A stretch of DNA of 64,000 bases from Dehalococcoidia bacterium (GCA_965237635.1 CBDEFX010000002.1:1983432-2047431); one strand, 5' to 3'. Positions 53,698 through 63,624 are shown, counted from the stretch's first letter. Notes: generated by a model not told the origin, from the letters alone. Translations and numbers: made by a program.

Positions 53698-53860
53698 TGA
53701 TTCTCTCGTAAAAAGTCTGTGCAGGTCGAATTAGAACAACCGTACCCTTGCCTGGGTACAATATACAGTCTCTGTTCCGTGTCCTACCCCAACATACGGT
53801 AGCGCTCACATGTGCTAAAGCGCTGGAACTTCCTCAAAACGGGTTTTTACGAGGGAATCA
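53698..53860. mobile_element. MITE copy 1 (163 bp) with termini matching the nested IS1182/IS5-like element
   Basis: TGATTCTCTCGTAAAAAGTCTGT...GGGTTTTTACGAGGGAATCA. The right 20 nt are identical to the IS end at 43519-43538. It is flanked by AGCT (53694-97) and AGGT (53861-64). Confidence 0.8.
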
Positions 53861-53864
53861 AGGT

Positions 53865-54027
53865 TGATTCTCCCGTAAAAAGTCTGTGCAGGCCGAATTA
53901 GAACAAACGTACCCACGCCTGGGTACAATATATAGTCTCTGTTCCGTATACTACCCCAACATACGGCAGCGCTCAAATGTGCTAAATCGCTGGAACTTCC
54001 TCAAAGCGGGTTTTTGCGAGGGAATCA
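53865..54027. mobile_element. MITE copy 2 (163 bp), in direct tandem with copy 1
   Basis: TGATTCTCCCGTAAAAAGTCTGT...GGGTTTTTGCGAGGGAATCA. It is flanked by AGGT and AGCT (54028-31) and its interior is collinear with copy 1 apart from scattered substitutions. Confidence 0.8.
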
Positions 54028-54078
54028 AGCTTCTGAATCAGGGCCTCATAGTGGTCTAGGGAAGGAGGAAGTAGGTCG

Positions 54079-54345
54079 ATGGACTCACGTAGACGGACGG
54101 AGGACTCTTACCCGGAGCTCTTCCCGAAGGACTATCCGGAGCGGCTGGAGAGGCTCGTAGAAGTCGCAGGGCTGACATGGGGGGAGTTCGCGGAGCGCCT
54201 CGGCGTCGAGAACGACCGCGTGACGTCATGGCGCAACGGTACGATCCCGACTGGCGGAGAGGTCTGGCACATCATGCGGCTGGCCTACTCCGTTCCCGGC
54301 GGCATGGAAGTGATGCTTCCAGAGGCCGCCGGGGGTGCGGAGTAG
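54079..54345 (+). CDS. Small HTH-like protein (XRE/antitoxin-like)
   Basis: 88 aa; LVEVAGLTWGEFAERLGVENDRVTSWRNGTIPTGGEVWHIMRLA looks like a helix-turn-helix. Confidence 0.45.
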   Translation: MDSRRRTEDSYPELFPKDYPERLERLVEVAGLTWGEFAERLGVENDRVTSWRNGTIPTGGEVWHIMRLAYSVPGGMEVMLPEAAGGAE

Positions 54346-54766
54346 CGATGTGAGCCGTACCTATTCCACTCTGGTCGCATCCAAATCGACGGCCCATGAG
54401 AACCGTACTTTTTTGTGTTGATTGGAAGACGGAGAACTCTACCTCGGTGCACAGTATGCGGATGGAATCGCCATTGAATCAACGGCTGAGATGGTCGCCG
54501 CCTGATGTCGTTTACACACCTATTGACGTAACCTCACTGATGCGGGTGAAGGATTGCTCGTGATTTCTGGAGTATGACGCTGGCGCGAGAGCTTCACCCG
54601 GCACTGTGGCCGGTCGGCGGAAGCCGTAAGAGTAACGGGATAGGAATGTATGCGACGTATGCGGGGCTGGTTTATTGCCGGAGACCGCCGCGAAGCGGCA
54701 AAATATAGGTTCAGAAGTATGTCTAGAGTAGTGCAACCGGTGAGAGATGATGAGAAGTGAAGTGAA

Positions 54767-55072
54767 GTGACCCCGGCGCAATCACAGGGAGAGGGAATCG
54801 TGGCGAGTCCACGCCGACCACGCGAAGAGACGGCGCGCCTCGGCAAGGAGCTGTACGAGCAGGTCATCCGCAGTCAGGTCGAAGCCGACCACCACGGGGA
54901 GATCGTCGCGATCGACGTGGACAGCGGGGGCTGGGCAGTCGCTGGCGGTAAGATTGCTGCGGTGGAGAGGCTGCGGGAGATGAGACCAGATGCCGTCAAC
55001 GTGTTGTGTGAGCGCGTGGTGTATAGGGCGCTTCGCAGCTTCGGGGCACGTTCCTTGCGGAGGACGGATTGA
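54767..55072 (+). CDS. Small hypothetical protein of the type found upstream of retropepsin-like proteases
   Basis: 101 aa with a GTG start. HHGEIVAIDVDSGGWAVAG....AVERLREMRPDAVNVLCERVVY. Its stop overlaps the next ORF's start (ATGA-type coupling). Confidence 0.4.
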   Translation: MTPAQSQGEGIVASPRRPREETARLGKELYEQVIRSQVEADHHGEIVAIDVDSGGWAVAGGKIAAVERLREMRPDAVNVLCERVVYRALRSFGARSLRRTD

Positions 55073-55305
55073 TTGAGGGTGAGGTGAACAACGCCTATGA
55101 GGCGGTCGTGGCCCTTTCCCTGCAAGGCCCCGAGCGGCAAGCCCAGAACATCGAGGCCGTCATAGACATCGGCTACAGTGGCTTCCTGACCTTGCCAACT
55201 GCGCTGGTGACGGAGTTGGGGCTGATGGATTGCAGCCCCACACTGCTCGCACTACAGTCAACTTCAGAGAGCAAGCATCTACTGACAGGGGTGACTGGTG
55301 GCTAG
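55069..55305 (+). pseudogene. Retropepsin-like (clan AA) aspartyl protease homologue, apparently truncated and degenerate
   Basis: AVVALSLQGPERQAQNIEAVIDIGYSGFLTLPTALVTELGL fits the bacterial clan AA family up to the flap region, but the DTG reads DIG and homology ends ~50 residues early. It overlaps the next gene's start. Confidence 0.4.
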
Positions 55306-57151
55306 TTTTCTTTCGAGCCTGTTTGGCAACAAGAAAGATGCGATACCCTCGGAGGTCGCTGGGTTGCAGCAACTATCTCCGGAATCGCGCGAGAAGTCAG
55401 GGCGGCGAGAACCGCCAGCGCAACTCGACTGGTCGCGCGCCGAGTACGTCCCAATGCCGCCTTCTCCCCCGACGTGGGAAGTGGATGGTCGCGACGAGTT
55501 TCACCGTGAGTACAACGATCCGACGATTGGACCGGTGTTTCAAGCAGGATTCAACAACCAGCACAGCAAAGTCTTGAGGCTGGCAGCTAGTCTTTCTGCT
55601 GAGCAACGACGGGGCAGCGTCGGAGATGTGATCGCGAAGGCGTACCGCAAGCAAATCATCCAGCGCATGAAGGCTGGTCAGTTGGCAGCAGCGGCGAAGC
55701 AGTGTGATGACATGCTTGAGATGGTTCCCAGGCATGTCCGAGATGTCGACCGGCGACGGTTCAACCGCATCCTCAAGCAGATGGACAAGGAGGGTAAGAA
55801 ACACAACTACACCCCTGCTGATGTGGCCAGCGCGTCCTCGCAGGCTTTGTTCACGGTCGCGGACGGGTACGGATGGGTCGTCTCGGGAGAGCGAAAGCTG
55901 GAGGGTGAACAGCGACCCAATCCGGCTTTCGAGACCGCTGCTATGGATGGATCAGGATCGTGGCTCCTTGACCGCTCCGGGTCTAGCGTTGGCCAGCTAG
56001 AAGTCAAAAGCGTGCTTCGGCGGCTGGACCTACTCGACCGCACCGTTGGCGAGAAGCCTCTCAACCACGATGTTTACCGGACTGGCGCTGGCTCCACCGG
56101 GTCCCACATCGCGATCATGGACTCGACCGGGATACTGCACATCTACGACGCAGGGTTGAACGTCGTCGCTGAAACGAATCTCCAAGGGGATCCACGCGTA
56201 GTGGATCACTTCCGGACCATCGACACAAACTATTGGGGCGAGTTCATGACGCAGGTTCGAGCCGTGGACGTTGCGTCCGAAGGGGACCGATACGTCTTCA
56301 CGCTCGCGGATGAGGCATGGTGCTGCACGACATCTGGCCGCACCCTATGGGGCGTGGCAATGCCCCTCAAGGAAGGTTGGAAGCGGGTCGTAGGTAGGAC
56401 CGAACGCTTTGGTGTAGGACGTGAGGTTGAGGAGGCCTTGCGTCTCTTTGGACTTTCCCTTCCGGTAAGTCCAGCCGACATCAAGAAAAAGTACCGGGTG
56501 CTGGCGATGGCCCATCATCCTGACCGCGATGCAGACAATCTCAGAGCAGAAGAGACGATGAAGGCGTTGAACGGGGCCTTCGAGGTCCTCACCGGCGTTG
56601 ATCCGAACACTCTCGGACTCGAGGAATCCGACATCACTTACTTCGCTCGCACGGCCCCCGATCACGTTGTCGAAGTGGACGGATTACGGCTGGAAATTAC
56701 CATGACAGGTGGTACACCTCAGGACTGGGTCTACGCCGCCAGCTTCGCCGCTGCCGACGGCTGCGCTTACGTGGCGACATACTCTGGCAAGGTCATTCTC
56801 CTTTCTCGGGAGGGCCAGCCGCTCATTGTCTACGACATCGGAACCTGTCCGACTGAGATCGTTGACGTCGATCAATACACGTACTTTCTGACACCCACGA
56901 GGCTCTACGTCGTTGAGGAAAGGACGAAGCTAGCAGCCTTCCTCGACGTCTTCCAGCAAGGACGACTTCTCGTGTCGCAACCGGGTTTCGGATTGCTCAC
57001 GAGCAAAAGGCTCCAGTGGTTCACTGCTTCGGGCACGAAAGTGGGCGAAGTGCTAACTCGTGATCCCATCCGAACATTTCGTAAGGTCAAGGGCGGCGCA
57101 GTTTTGCAGACGCGTCAACATCAGGCAGAGCTACAGGGTCCAGGGCTTTAG
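55298..57151 (+). CDS. Large J-domain (DnaJ-like, HPD) protein with beta-propeller-like repeats on both sides
   Basis: J domain PADIKKKYRVLAMAHHPDRDADNLRAEETMKALNGAFEVLTG near residue ~420. The flanking strands look blade-like (HIAIMDSTGILHIYDAG, RYVFTLADEAWCCTTSGRTLWGV, CAYVATYSGKVILLSREGQP, YTYFLTPTRLYVVEE, GFGLLTSKRLQWFTASG). GTG start. Confidence 0.6.
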   Translation: MASFLSSLFGNKKDAIPSEVAGLQQLSPESREKSGRREPPAQLDWSRAEYVPMPPSPPTWEVDGRDEFHREYNDPTIGPVFQAGFNNQHSKVLRLAASLSAEQRRGSVGDVIAKAYRKQIIQRMKAGQLAAAAKQCDDMLEMVPRHVRDVDRRRFNRILKQMDKEGKKHNYTPADVASASSQALFTVADGYGWVVSGERKLEGEQRPNPAFETAAMDGSGSWLLDRSGSSVGQLEVKSVLRRLDLLDRTVGEKPLNHDVYRTGAGSTGSHIAIMDSTGILHIYDAGLNVVAETNLQGDPRVVDHFRTIDTNYWGEFMTQVRAVDVASEGDRYVFTLADEAWCCTTSGRTLWGVAMPLKEGWKRVVGRTERFGVGREVEEALRLFGLSLPVSPADIKKKYRVLAMAHHPDRDADNLRAEETMKALNGAFEVLTGVDPNTLGLEESDITYFARTAPDHVVEVDGLRLEITMTGGTPQDWVYAASFAAADGCAYVATYSGKVILLSREGQPLIVYDIGTCPTEIVDVDQYTYFLTPTRLYVVEERTKLAAFLDVFQQGRLLVSQPGFGLLTSKRLQWFTASGTKVGEVLTRDPIRTFRKVKGGAVLQTRQHQAELQGPGL

Positions 57152-57274
57152 CGGTCAACTCGCGCTCTAGAGGCAGTGTGAGCAGCTGCGGTCGGACGGA
57201 ATGATGTGGACGTCAGCTCGCTCTCGGAGTCGTTCATTTGCCTCAACGCCCTATCTGAGCGTCGGTCTCCTTAC

Positions 57275-58993
57275 CCCGAATCCACCGAAGGACACCGATG
57301 GACGGCGTGAGGAAAGCGGAAGGGGGGTGAGGGAGCTACAGGGGAAATAGCCTGGGTTCCATTTGGGGTAGGGAGGTCGGCGGACGGTCTTCATCGCCGC
57401 ACAGGGGCCCCTATGGCCGTCTGCGGGAGCTGCGATGCGCGGGATGGCGAGAGAATACGCAGCAGGGAACTCTCTCGGACCGGGCTGGCACGAGTCTGCG
57501 GGGATCTTCGGTTGTCCGGTGGGTGGGTCGGTCGCCGACGGTGCCGTCAGGCCGGGAGTGGAATGGCTCGCAGCCGGGCCAAGGCGCGGCTGAACTTCTC
57601 AGCCCAAGGCCAGCGATCCGGAAGATGCAGGGTCAACCGGCGTGCCGAGCGGGTGAGCCGTCCGGCCAGGGAGAAGAGCCGCCGCCGGAGGGACTTGGTG
57701 GTGGCTATCCGCTCTCCCAGACCGATCCGCGCCGTCCAGCGGGCCAGGTTGTGGGCCATCGTCTGGACGGCCAGCCAGGCGCCGTTGGCGGCGAAGCGGC
57801 CCGAGGGGAGATGGTTCAGCCCGACGCCGTACTTGAGGTCGCGTATGGCATTCTCGATCTCGGCGTGGCGGCGATGGTCAGCCTCCAGTTCGAGCAACTC
57901 CCCGTCCCGGTCGGTGATGAAGCCATGATAGCTGTATTTGGCGAAGAGGGCCAGTTGAGAACCGGGCGTCGGCTTCACCCGCCGGACGATGAGCCGTACC
58001 GGCGCGGCGTCCGCCTCGGCCTGGAAGGGGGTGCAGGTGGTCTCGGCCACATCGGCGGCACCGTCCATCCAGTAAGGAATCGGCCTCCAGGCATCTTCGG
58101 GTATCGCCTCGATGAGATTGTGCAGGCTTTTGTGCTGGCGGATGGTGATGGAGAAGCGGACATCCATCTTGCGGCAGACGGATACCACGCCATGAGTGTA
58201 GAACCCGCTGTCGGCCCGTAGCGTGAGTCGTCCCCTGGCCCCGGCGTAGCGCACCCGTCCCACCGTCTCCCGCAGGAAGTGGGCGGCGCCGCGGGCGGTG
58301 TTGGCCCGGCCCTCGCGCAGCCGGGACATCAGCACGTCTCCGGTGCCGGCGGCGATGGCCGGCAGCGGGTGGTAGCCCCGCTTGCCGGTATAGCCGTGGT
58401 GGCGGGCGCCCTCCTTGGCCAGTCCGTAGGTCTCGCAGATGGTGGAGTCCAGGTCAATGGTCAGGGGCCCGTCGCCGGGTCCCGCCCCGGCCTGCCAAGC
58501 CCGGGCCAGCAACTCGCGGCTCACCCGGTCGAGTTGACGGACGTGGCCCCACCGGAAGCTGCGCAGGAAGGTGCCCAGGGTGGATGGCGCCTTGAGAGTG
58601 CCGCCCAGGGTGCAGGCCGTCCCCCCGGTGCGCAACACATCGGCGTCGTCAATGCAGTCGCCCCCAGCCAGCGCAGACGCCACCAGCGTCATCATCTTGT
58701 CGCTCGTGTTCGCCCGCCCCGGGGCATCGCCCAGGTCGAGGCGCTGCCGGACGAGTTCGGGCAGGCCGAGGTGCCGCGCCAGGGTGGCCGGAAGGAGCAG
58801 CCCGGCATTGGCCACCAAGCGGCGGTCGTCGAAGGTGATTTGGATCCGGTCGGGGTGGTTGCGTGGCAGCATCTACTGGGTGCTCCTTTTCCGGGGCCGT
58901 TTTTTTGCTACAAAACCATTATCCCAGAAGCACAGGAGCACCTTCTTGCCGCCTCAGGACGCTAACCCGACGCCCTCCTTCGGTGGATTCGGG
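57275..58993 (-). mobile_element. IS1380-family insertion sequence, copy 2 (inverted relative to copy 1)
   Basis: Same 18-bp terminal repeats as copy 1. It is flanked by a perfect direct pentamer CTTAC (57270-74 and 58994-98). Confidence 0.85.
57547..58872 (-). CDS. IS1380-family DDE transposase (copy 2)
   Basis: 441 aa, differing from copy 1 at a handful of positions (for example M/V, E/G, V/L, H/R, D/R, T/R, T/S, F/L). Confidence 0.85.
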   Translation of the reverse strand: MLPRNHPDRIQITFDDRRLVANAGLLLPATLARHLGLPELVRQRLDLGDAPGRANTSDKMMTLVASALAGGDCIDDADVLRTGGTACTLGGTLKAPSTLGTFLRSFRWGHVRQLDRVSRELLARAWQAGAGPGDGPLTIDLDSTICETYGLAKEGARHHGYTGKRGYHPLPAIAAGTGDVLMSRLREGRANTARGAAHFLRETVGRVRYAGARGRLTLRADSGFYTHGVVSVCRKMDVRFSITIRQHKSLHNLIEAIPEDAWRPIPYWMDGAADVAETTCTPFQAEADAAPVRLIVRRVKPTPGSQLALFAKYSYHGFITDRDGELLELEADHRRHAEIENAIRDLKYGVGLNHLPSGRFAANGAWLAVQTMAHNLARWTARIGLGERIATTKSLRRRLFSLAGRLTRSARRLTLHLPDRWPWAEKFSRALARLRAIPLPA

Positions 58994-59226
58994 CTTACGC
59001 GAGGCCGGCGACCATGCGCCGAAGACGTGACCGAGCCGCTGAAGTGACCTTCCTTGAGTCCGCTCCGGGCATTTGCCTGTCGCCAGGCATGGTGCGTCGT
59101 AGCGGATCACTGCTTTGCCGCCCCTGCCGCAGCAGACCTACAACCGGGTCAGACCCCTCGGTTGGCCTAGAGGCCCCCGGCGCGGAGAGTCCCATTGCTG
59201 CTGACCCTGTTCCCACGCTCATCGGC

Positions 59227-59947
59227 CTAACGCCTATGCGCTTCCAGCCCATCACCAGGCCGTTCGTAGTACAAGTAATAGAGACTGAACCTGCAACCCA
59301 GTTGCGTAGCCAGCCCAAGGGCATGTTTGAGCAGCTGCCGCGCGTTCAAGTACTCGAACCGTGGCTGACCGCCACAAAGTTCTTCGGCCCACGGTTCTTC
59401 GGCGAGCGATTGGCAGGCGGGCAGGTCCTTTCTGGTCCAACGGCCAGTGGACTTTGGGAAATACGCCTTCGTGAATTTGGACTTGCCCGTGGTGGAACGC
59501 TTCAGGTGCTCGGTAAACTTGCTCTCGATCGCGACGACGAATTCAGTGCTGCAGGTTATGGCCACGTCGAGATGCGGTGGAGTGCCTCCTAGCTCCGTGT
59601 GGAACTGCGCTTCGAAGTCCAGGGAATTCGCTCCTCCTATATCAAATGCCTAACGCCGTCAGAAGGGGGCCCTTATCCCTGTTGGTCCAGTAGTCGAAGA
59701 AGTCTACGGCGAGCCCCGACGACGAGTGCAGCGCCCTCATGTGCCCATTGAGTTCCGAGCCAGCCCCTCTCTCAAAGGCTTGCCGAGCGCGAGTCGAAAG
59801 AGGTGTCCATAGGTTGGCCTCAACCTCCCGAACGTAGGCGCGGGAGTTGAACGGGATTCCTCTCGACCTTGCCCAATTCTGCTGTGCATCTCTAGTATCT
59901 TGTTCGGCGTTCATCTGGTTCCCGCCCGTACTTGCTTCCCTTACCAC
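59227..59947 (-). pseudogene. PD-(D/E)XK-type nuclease-like gene with a frameshift near 59642
   Basis: First ORF: HMRALHSSSGLAVDFFDYW...PLLTALGI*. In the +1 frame, just after a TAG: AFDIGGANSLDFEAQFHTELGGTPPHLDVAITCSTEFVVAIESKFTE, a D...E.K nuclease motif. Confidence 0.5.
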
Positions 59948-60120
59948 CGCCAGTCTTGTACCTCTGCCATCTTAGCCAGCCAAGCACCAGGGCAAACTCC
60001 TTTAGGAGCCCCCAACATGTGGAGCTAACCGGGTGATTGCACCCTACACGGGCGGTTACGTGGCCGGCGGCTCCTCGTACAGTGTGTGCCCCAGCGAGTC
60101 GGATCGGATAGTATGAACCC

Positions 60121-63100
60121 ATGCAAACGATCCATGATCGCCTAGTATACTCAGCGACTGACCTCGTCGGGTTCCTTGAGTGTGGGCACCTGGCAAGCCT
60201 TGAGCGGGCTGCCGTATCGGGCCATGTTGACAGACCAATGCGCACCGACCCGGTACTGGACCGAATAGCATTGAAAGGTCAACTTCACGAAGCACGCTTC
60301 CTCGACTCCCTTCGCTCCGAATCAGTTGCTGTTGTAGAGATCGATTCATTCGATGAATTGCCACTTGACCAGCGCTTGGCCCCTGGGCGAGATGCCACCC
60401 TGTCCGCGATGCGTGACGGGGCACATGTCATCTACCAGGCAGTGCTATTCGACGGCCGCCGCTTGGGCTACGCTGGTTTTCTGAGGCGCGTTGAGCAGAA
60501 CAGCAAACCTAGGCTCGTGGAGTTACGAGGTCTGGGATACCAAACTCGCCCGGCATGCGAAGGCCTCCGCCGTCCTGCAGCTGTGCATGTACACGGACAT
60601 GCTGGGTGAGATTCAGGGCCGGACACCTGAGGAGATGCACCTCGCGCTCGGAGGTGCGCAGGGTGAGAGGGTATCGTTTCGCGTCTCCGACTATGCAGCA
60701 TACTACCGGCTAGTGGCGCGCGAATTCGAAGCCTACCTGGGCAGTACTCCGGTCTATCCACTGGCGACGCGCCCAGAGCCGGTCGAACATTGCGACATGT
60801 GTCGGTGGAATGTTCAGTGTCGCGCTCAGTGGCGTGCGGAGGACGACCTTTCGCTTGTCGCGAATCTCGCATCCACACAGCGACGAGCACTGCACGGGGT
60901 TGGTGTGACCACGCGCACGGGACTCGCTGAACCTAGGGAATCATTGCCTGAACGGCTGGACGGCGCCGGGCGAGACGCTCTGAAGAGAATTCATGCCCAG
61001 GCAAGCATCCAGGTACGCGGCCAGCGTGCCGGCAAGGTGATCTCTGAACGCGTCTCGCCCCCGCGCGACCGCGAGGGGGTGCTCGTTCCGAACCACGGTC
61101 TGCTCATGCTTCCGGAACCCTCTGGTGGCGACCTGTTCCTCGACCTAGAGGGCGACCCATTCTTCAGCTCGGACGAGGTAGATGGAATCGAATATCTGTT
61201 TGGGGTCATCGAACCGGGACGCACGGATGCCGCCGGCCAACCAGCATTCCACACGTTCTGGTCAATCCAGAGCGGCACCGTCACGGTCCAAGGAGAACGA
61301 CGAGCATTCGAAGCGCTAATCGATCTCATCATGGACCGGCTTGCAGCCAATCCGAGGCTGCACATCTACCACTACGCCCCATATGAGCCGACTGCCATCA
61401 AGCGCCTAGCTGGCCGCCACGGTACTCGCGAAGAGGAAGTCGATCGTCTTCTGCGCGGAGAGGTATTCGTCGATCTGCACAGAGCGGTGCGTCAGGGCGT
61501 TCGTGCCTCCGTCGAGAGCTACTCCATCAAGAGGCTAGAGCCGCTCTACGACTTCAGACGCGAGATCGATCTCCGCGATGCTGGCACGAGCATCGTCGAG
61601 TTCGAAACGTGGCTCGAACTGGGGCAGGGAGACGAGTGAGACGAGCTCCTGGGCCAGATTGAAGCCTACAACCGTGACGACTGCCTCTCAACCCTGCACT
61701 TGCGGGACTGGCTTGAAGGACAGCGGGTTGAGTTGTCGGATGAACTCGGTGCCACCCTGCTTCGGCCAGTCGTGCCGGAGCCGCATGAGACGGAGGACAG
61801 TGAGGCGCAGAAGGCGGTGAATGAACTGGTCCAATGTTTGACGGAAGGACTACCTGAGGCTGTCGAGCAGATGACCGACGACGAGCGCGGACGCTGGCTG
61901 CTGGCGCAGTTGCTTAATTGGCATCGGCGGGAATCGAAATCGTTCTGGTGGCGCTACTTCTACCTCGCCAATGAGCTCACGGACGAGGAACGCCGGGAAG
62001 AGCCTGATGCATTGGGTGAGTTGACCTATGATCGTTCGTGGGCGGACCCGGCACCACGTGCCCGCTCAACTATCTACCGCTTTCATTTCCCGGCCCAGGA
62101 GCATGCCATCACGGTTGACAGTACGCCGCACGATCCAGAGACGCAGGAGGCCGTTGGGACTGTTGTCTACCTCGACGATGACAACGGCGTGATCGATATC
62201 AAGCGCGGCAACACGCGCTCTGCTCCAACAGCCACATCGCTGATCCCCTACGACTTCGTGAACCCCCGACCTAAACCTGAGAGACTGCAGCGCCTCGCCC
62301 GGTTGGTGCTTGCGCAGGGCCTATCCGTACCAGGGGAGTTTCGCGCGACTCGGGACCTCTTAGCGCGCCGTCTCCCACGATTCGCAGGCACTGGAGGACA
62401 GACGCTTCGAGTTGATGGGGAGGGACCACAAGATGCCGCGCGGCGTCTTGCAGCGTCAATGGAAGAGACCTATCTCGCGATCCAGGGACCGCCGGGTTCA
62501 GGAAAGAGCACGGTTGGAGCAGAGATGATCGTCGATCTGGCGACCACGGGGCGGCGTATCGGCGTGACGGCCAACAGCCACAAGGTGATAGGCGGGTTGC
62601 TGGAGAAAGTTGCGACCGTGGCGGACGAGCGTGGTGTGGCTGTGGACATAGGTCAGCGGTCCACCAACAACCCGCCTTCGCAGATGCCATCCATCTAGAG
62701 ACGAACGACGCGGCGCATGGCGCCCTCGCCGACGGCTCTGTTGACGTCGTTGGAGCGACGACGTGGCTCTGGTCCCGAGAGGACATGATCGGCGGCGCCG
62801 TCGATGTGCTTTTCATCGACGAAGCCGGACAGATGTCCCTGGCGGATGCGCTCGCTGCGTCCCTCTGTGCGAGTAGCCTTGTCCTTCTCGGCGACCCCCA
62901 GCAGTTGGATCAACCGCTTCAGGGTACGCATCCGCCGGGGGCGGAGCGGTCCGTCTTGGCACATGTGCTGGATGGTGATCGAGTGATGCCGGATCAACTC
63001 GGCCTTTTCCTCGATGGAAGCTGGAGACTCCATCCTGACATCAGTGCGTACACATCCGAAGTCTTCTATGAGGGGCGCCTTCACTCGCAGCCTGGCCGGG

Positions 63101-63624
63101 AGTTGCTCGCCCTTGCTGGCATACCGCCGCTGTCCGGGACTGGGATCCGATTTCTTCCCGTGTCCCACAAGGGCCAATCGAACGAGTCGCCTGAGGAGGC
63201 GGCCAGGGTCGCCGAGCTGGTGCGAAGCCTGCTGGAATCAGCCCCTACCTACACAGGCGAAGCGGGAGAGGCACACCCGCTAGCCGAGGATGATGTGCTC
63301 CTCATTACGCCATATGACGCTCAGGTCAGGGCGCTGGGCGAAGCTCTACCTAGCTTTCGTATTGGTACGGTGGATAAGTTCCAGGGGCAGGAGGCCCCGG
63401 TCTCGATCTACTCGATGGCGACGAGTTCTCTGGATGAGGCTCCGCACGGGATGGAGTTCCTGTACAGCCTCAACCGGCTGAACGTCGCAACGAGCAGGGC
63501 GCGATGCCTTGCCTTGGTGGTTGCCAGCCCTGAGCTGCTGAGAGTGCGCTGCCGGACTCCCCGCCAAATGCGACTTGCAAATGCGATAGCGCGGCTTGTG
63601 GAGATGACTGAGCGGGGAGCATAG
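60121..63624 (+). pseudogene. RecB-like nuclease (TM0106-type) + RNase-H-like + SF1 (DNA2/NAM7-like) helicase gene, broken by 2 frameshifts and 1 in-frame TGA
   Basis: Four consecutive ORFs. (1) SATDLVGFLECGHLASL...VIYQAVLFDGRRLGYAGFLRRVEQ. (2) LGSWSYEVWDTKLARHAKASAVLQLCMYTDML...HIYHYAPYE. (3) After TGA 61637-39, in frame: DELLGQIEAYNRDDCLSTLHLRDWL...IQGPPGSGKST. (4) VDVLFIDEAGQMSLAD...LLGDPQQL...TVDKFQGQEAPVSIYS...LNVATSRAR. The frameshifts are near 60500 and 62665. Confidence 0.75.

Noticed and set aside
53383-53809. ORFs 53383..53700 (+), 53473..53694 (-) and 53627..53809 (-) downstream of the ImmA gene
   Set aside because: They have no recognisable motifs, overlap one another on both strands and run into MITE sequence. 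I treat them as non-coding.
53690-54040. A CRISPR-like or tandem-repeat array at 53.7-54.0 kb
   Set aside because: There are only two 163-bp units. Each has its own terminal inverted repeats matching an IS in the window, and there are no spacers. These are MITEs, not a CRISPR array. No CRISPR array is visible anywhere in the window.
54400-54766. Possible structured ncRNA or retron-like region (short inverted repeat gttgattg...gaatcaac, gaagt x3 near 54750)
   Set aside because: The repeats are short and imperfect, no reverse transcriptase or other partner gene is nearby, and I cannot support a fold by eye. I leave it unannotated.
22300-58993. The two IS1380 copies form a composite transposon, or an inversion between them has already happened
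   Set aside because: The enclosed 33 kb contains essential single-copy housekeeping genes. The methyltransferase halves flanking copy 1 are collinear and rejoin in frame. Copy 2 has matching CTTAC flanks. No flank exchange is evident.
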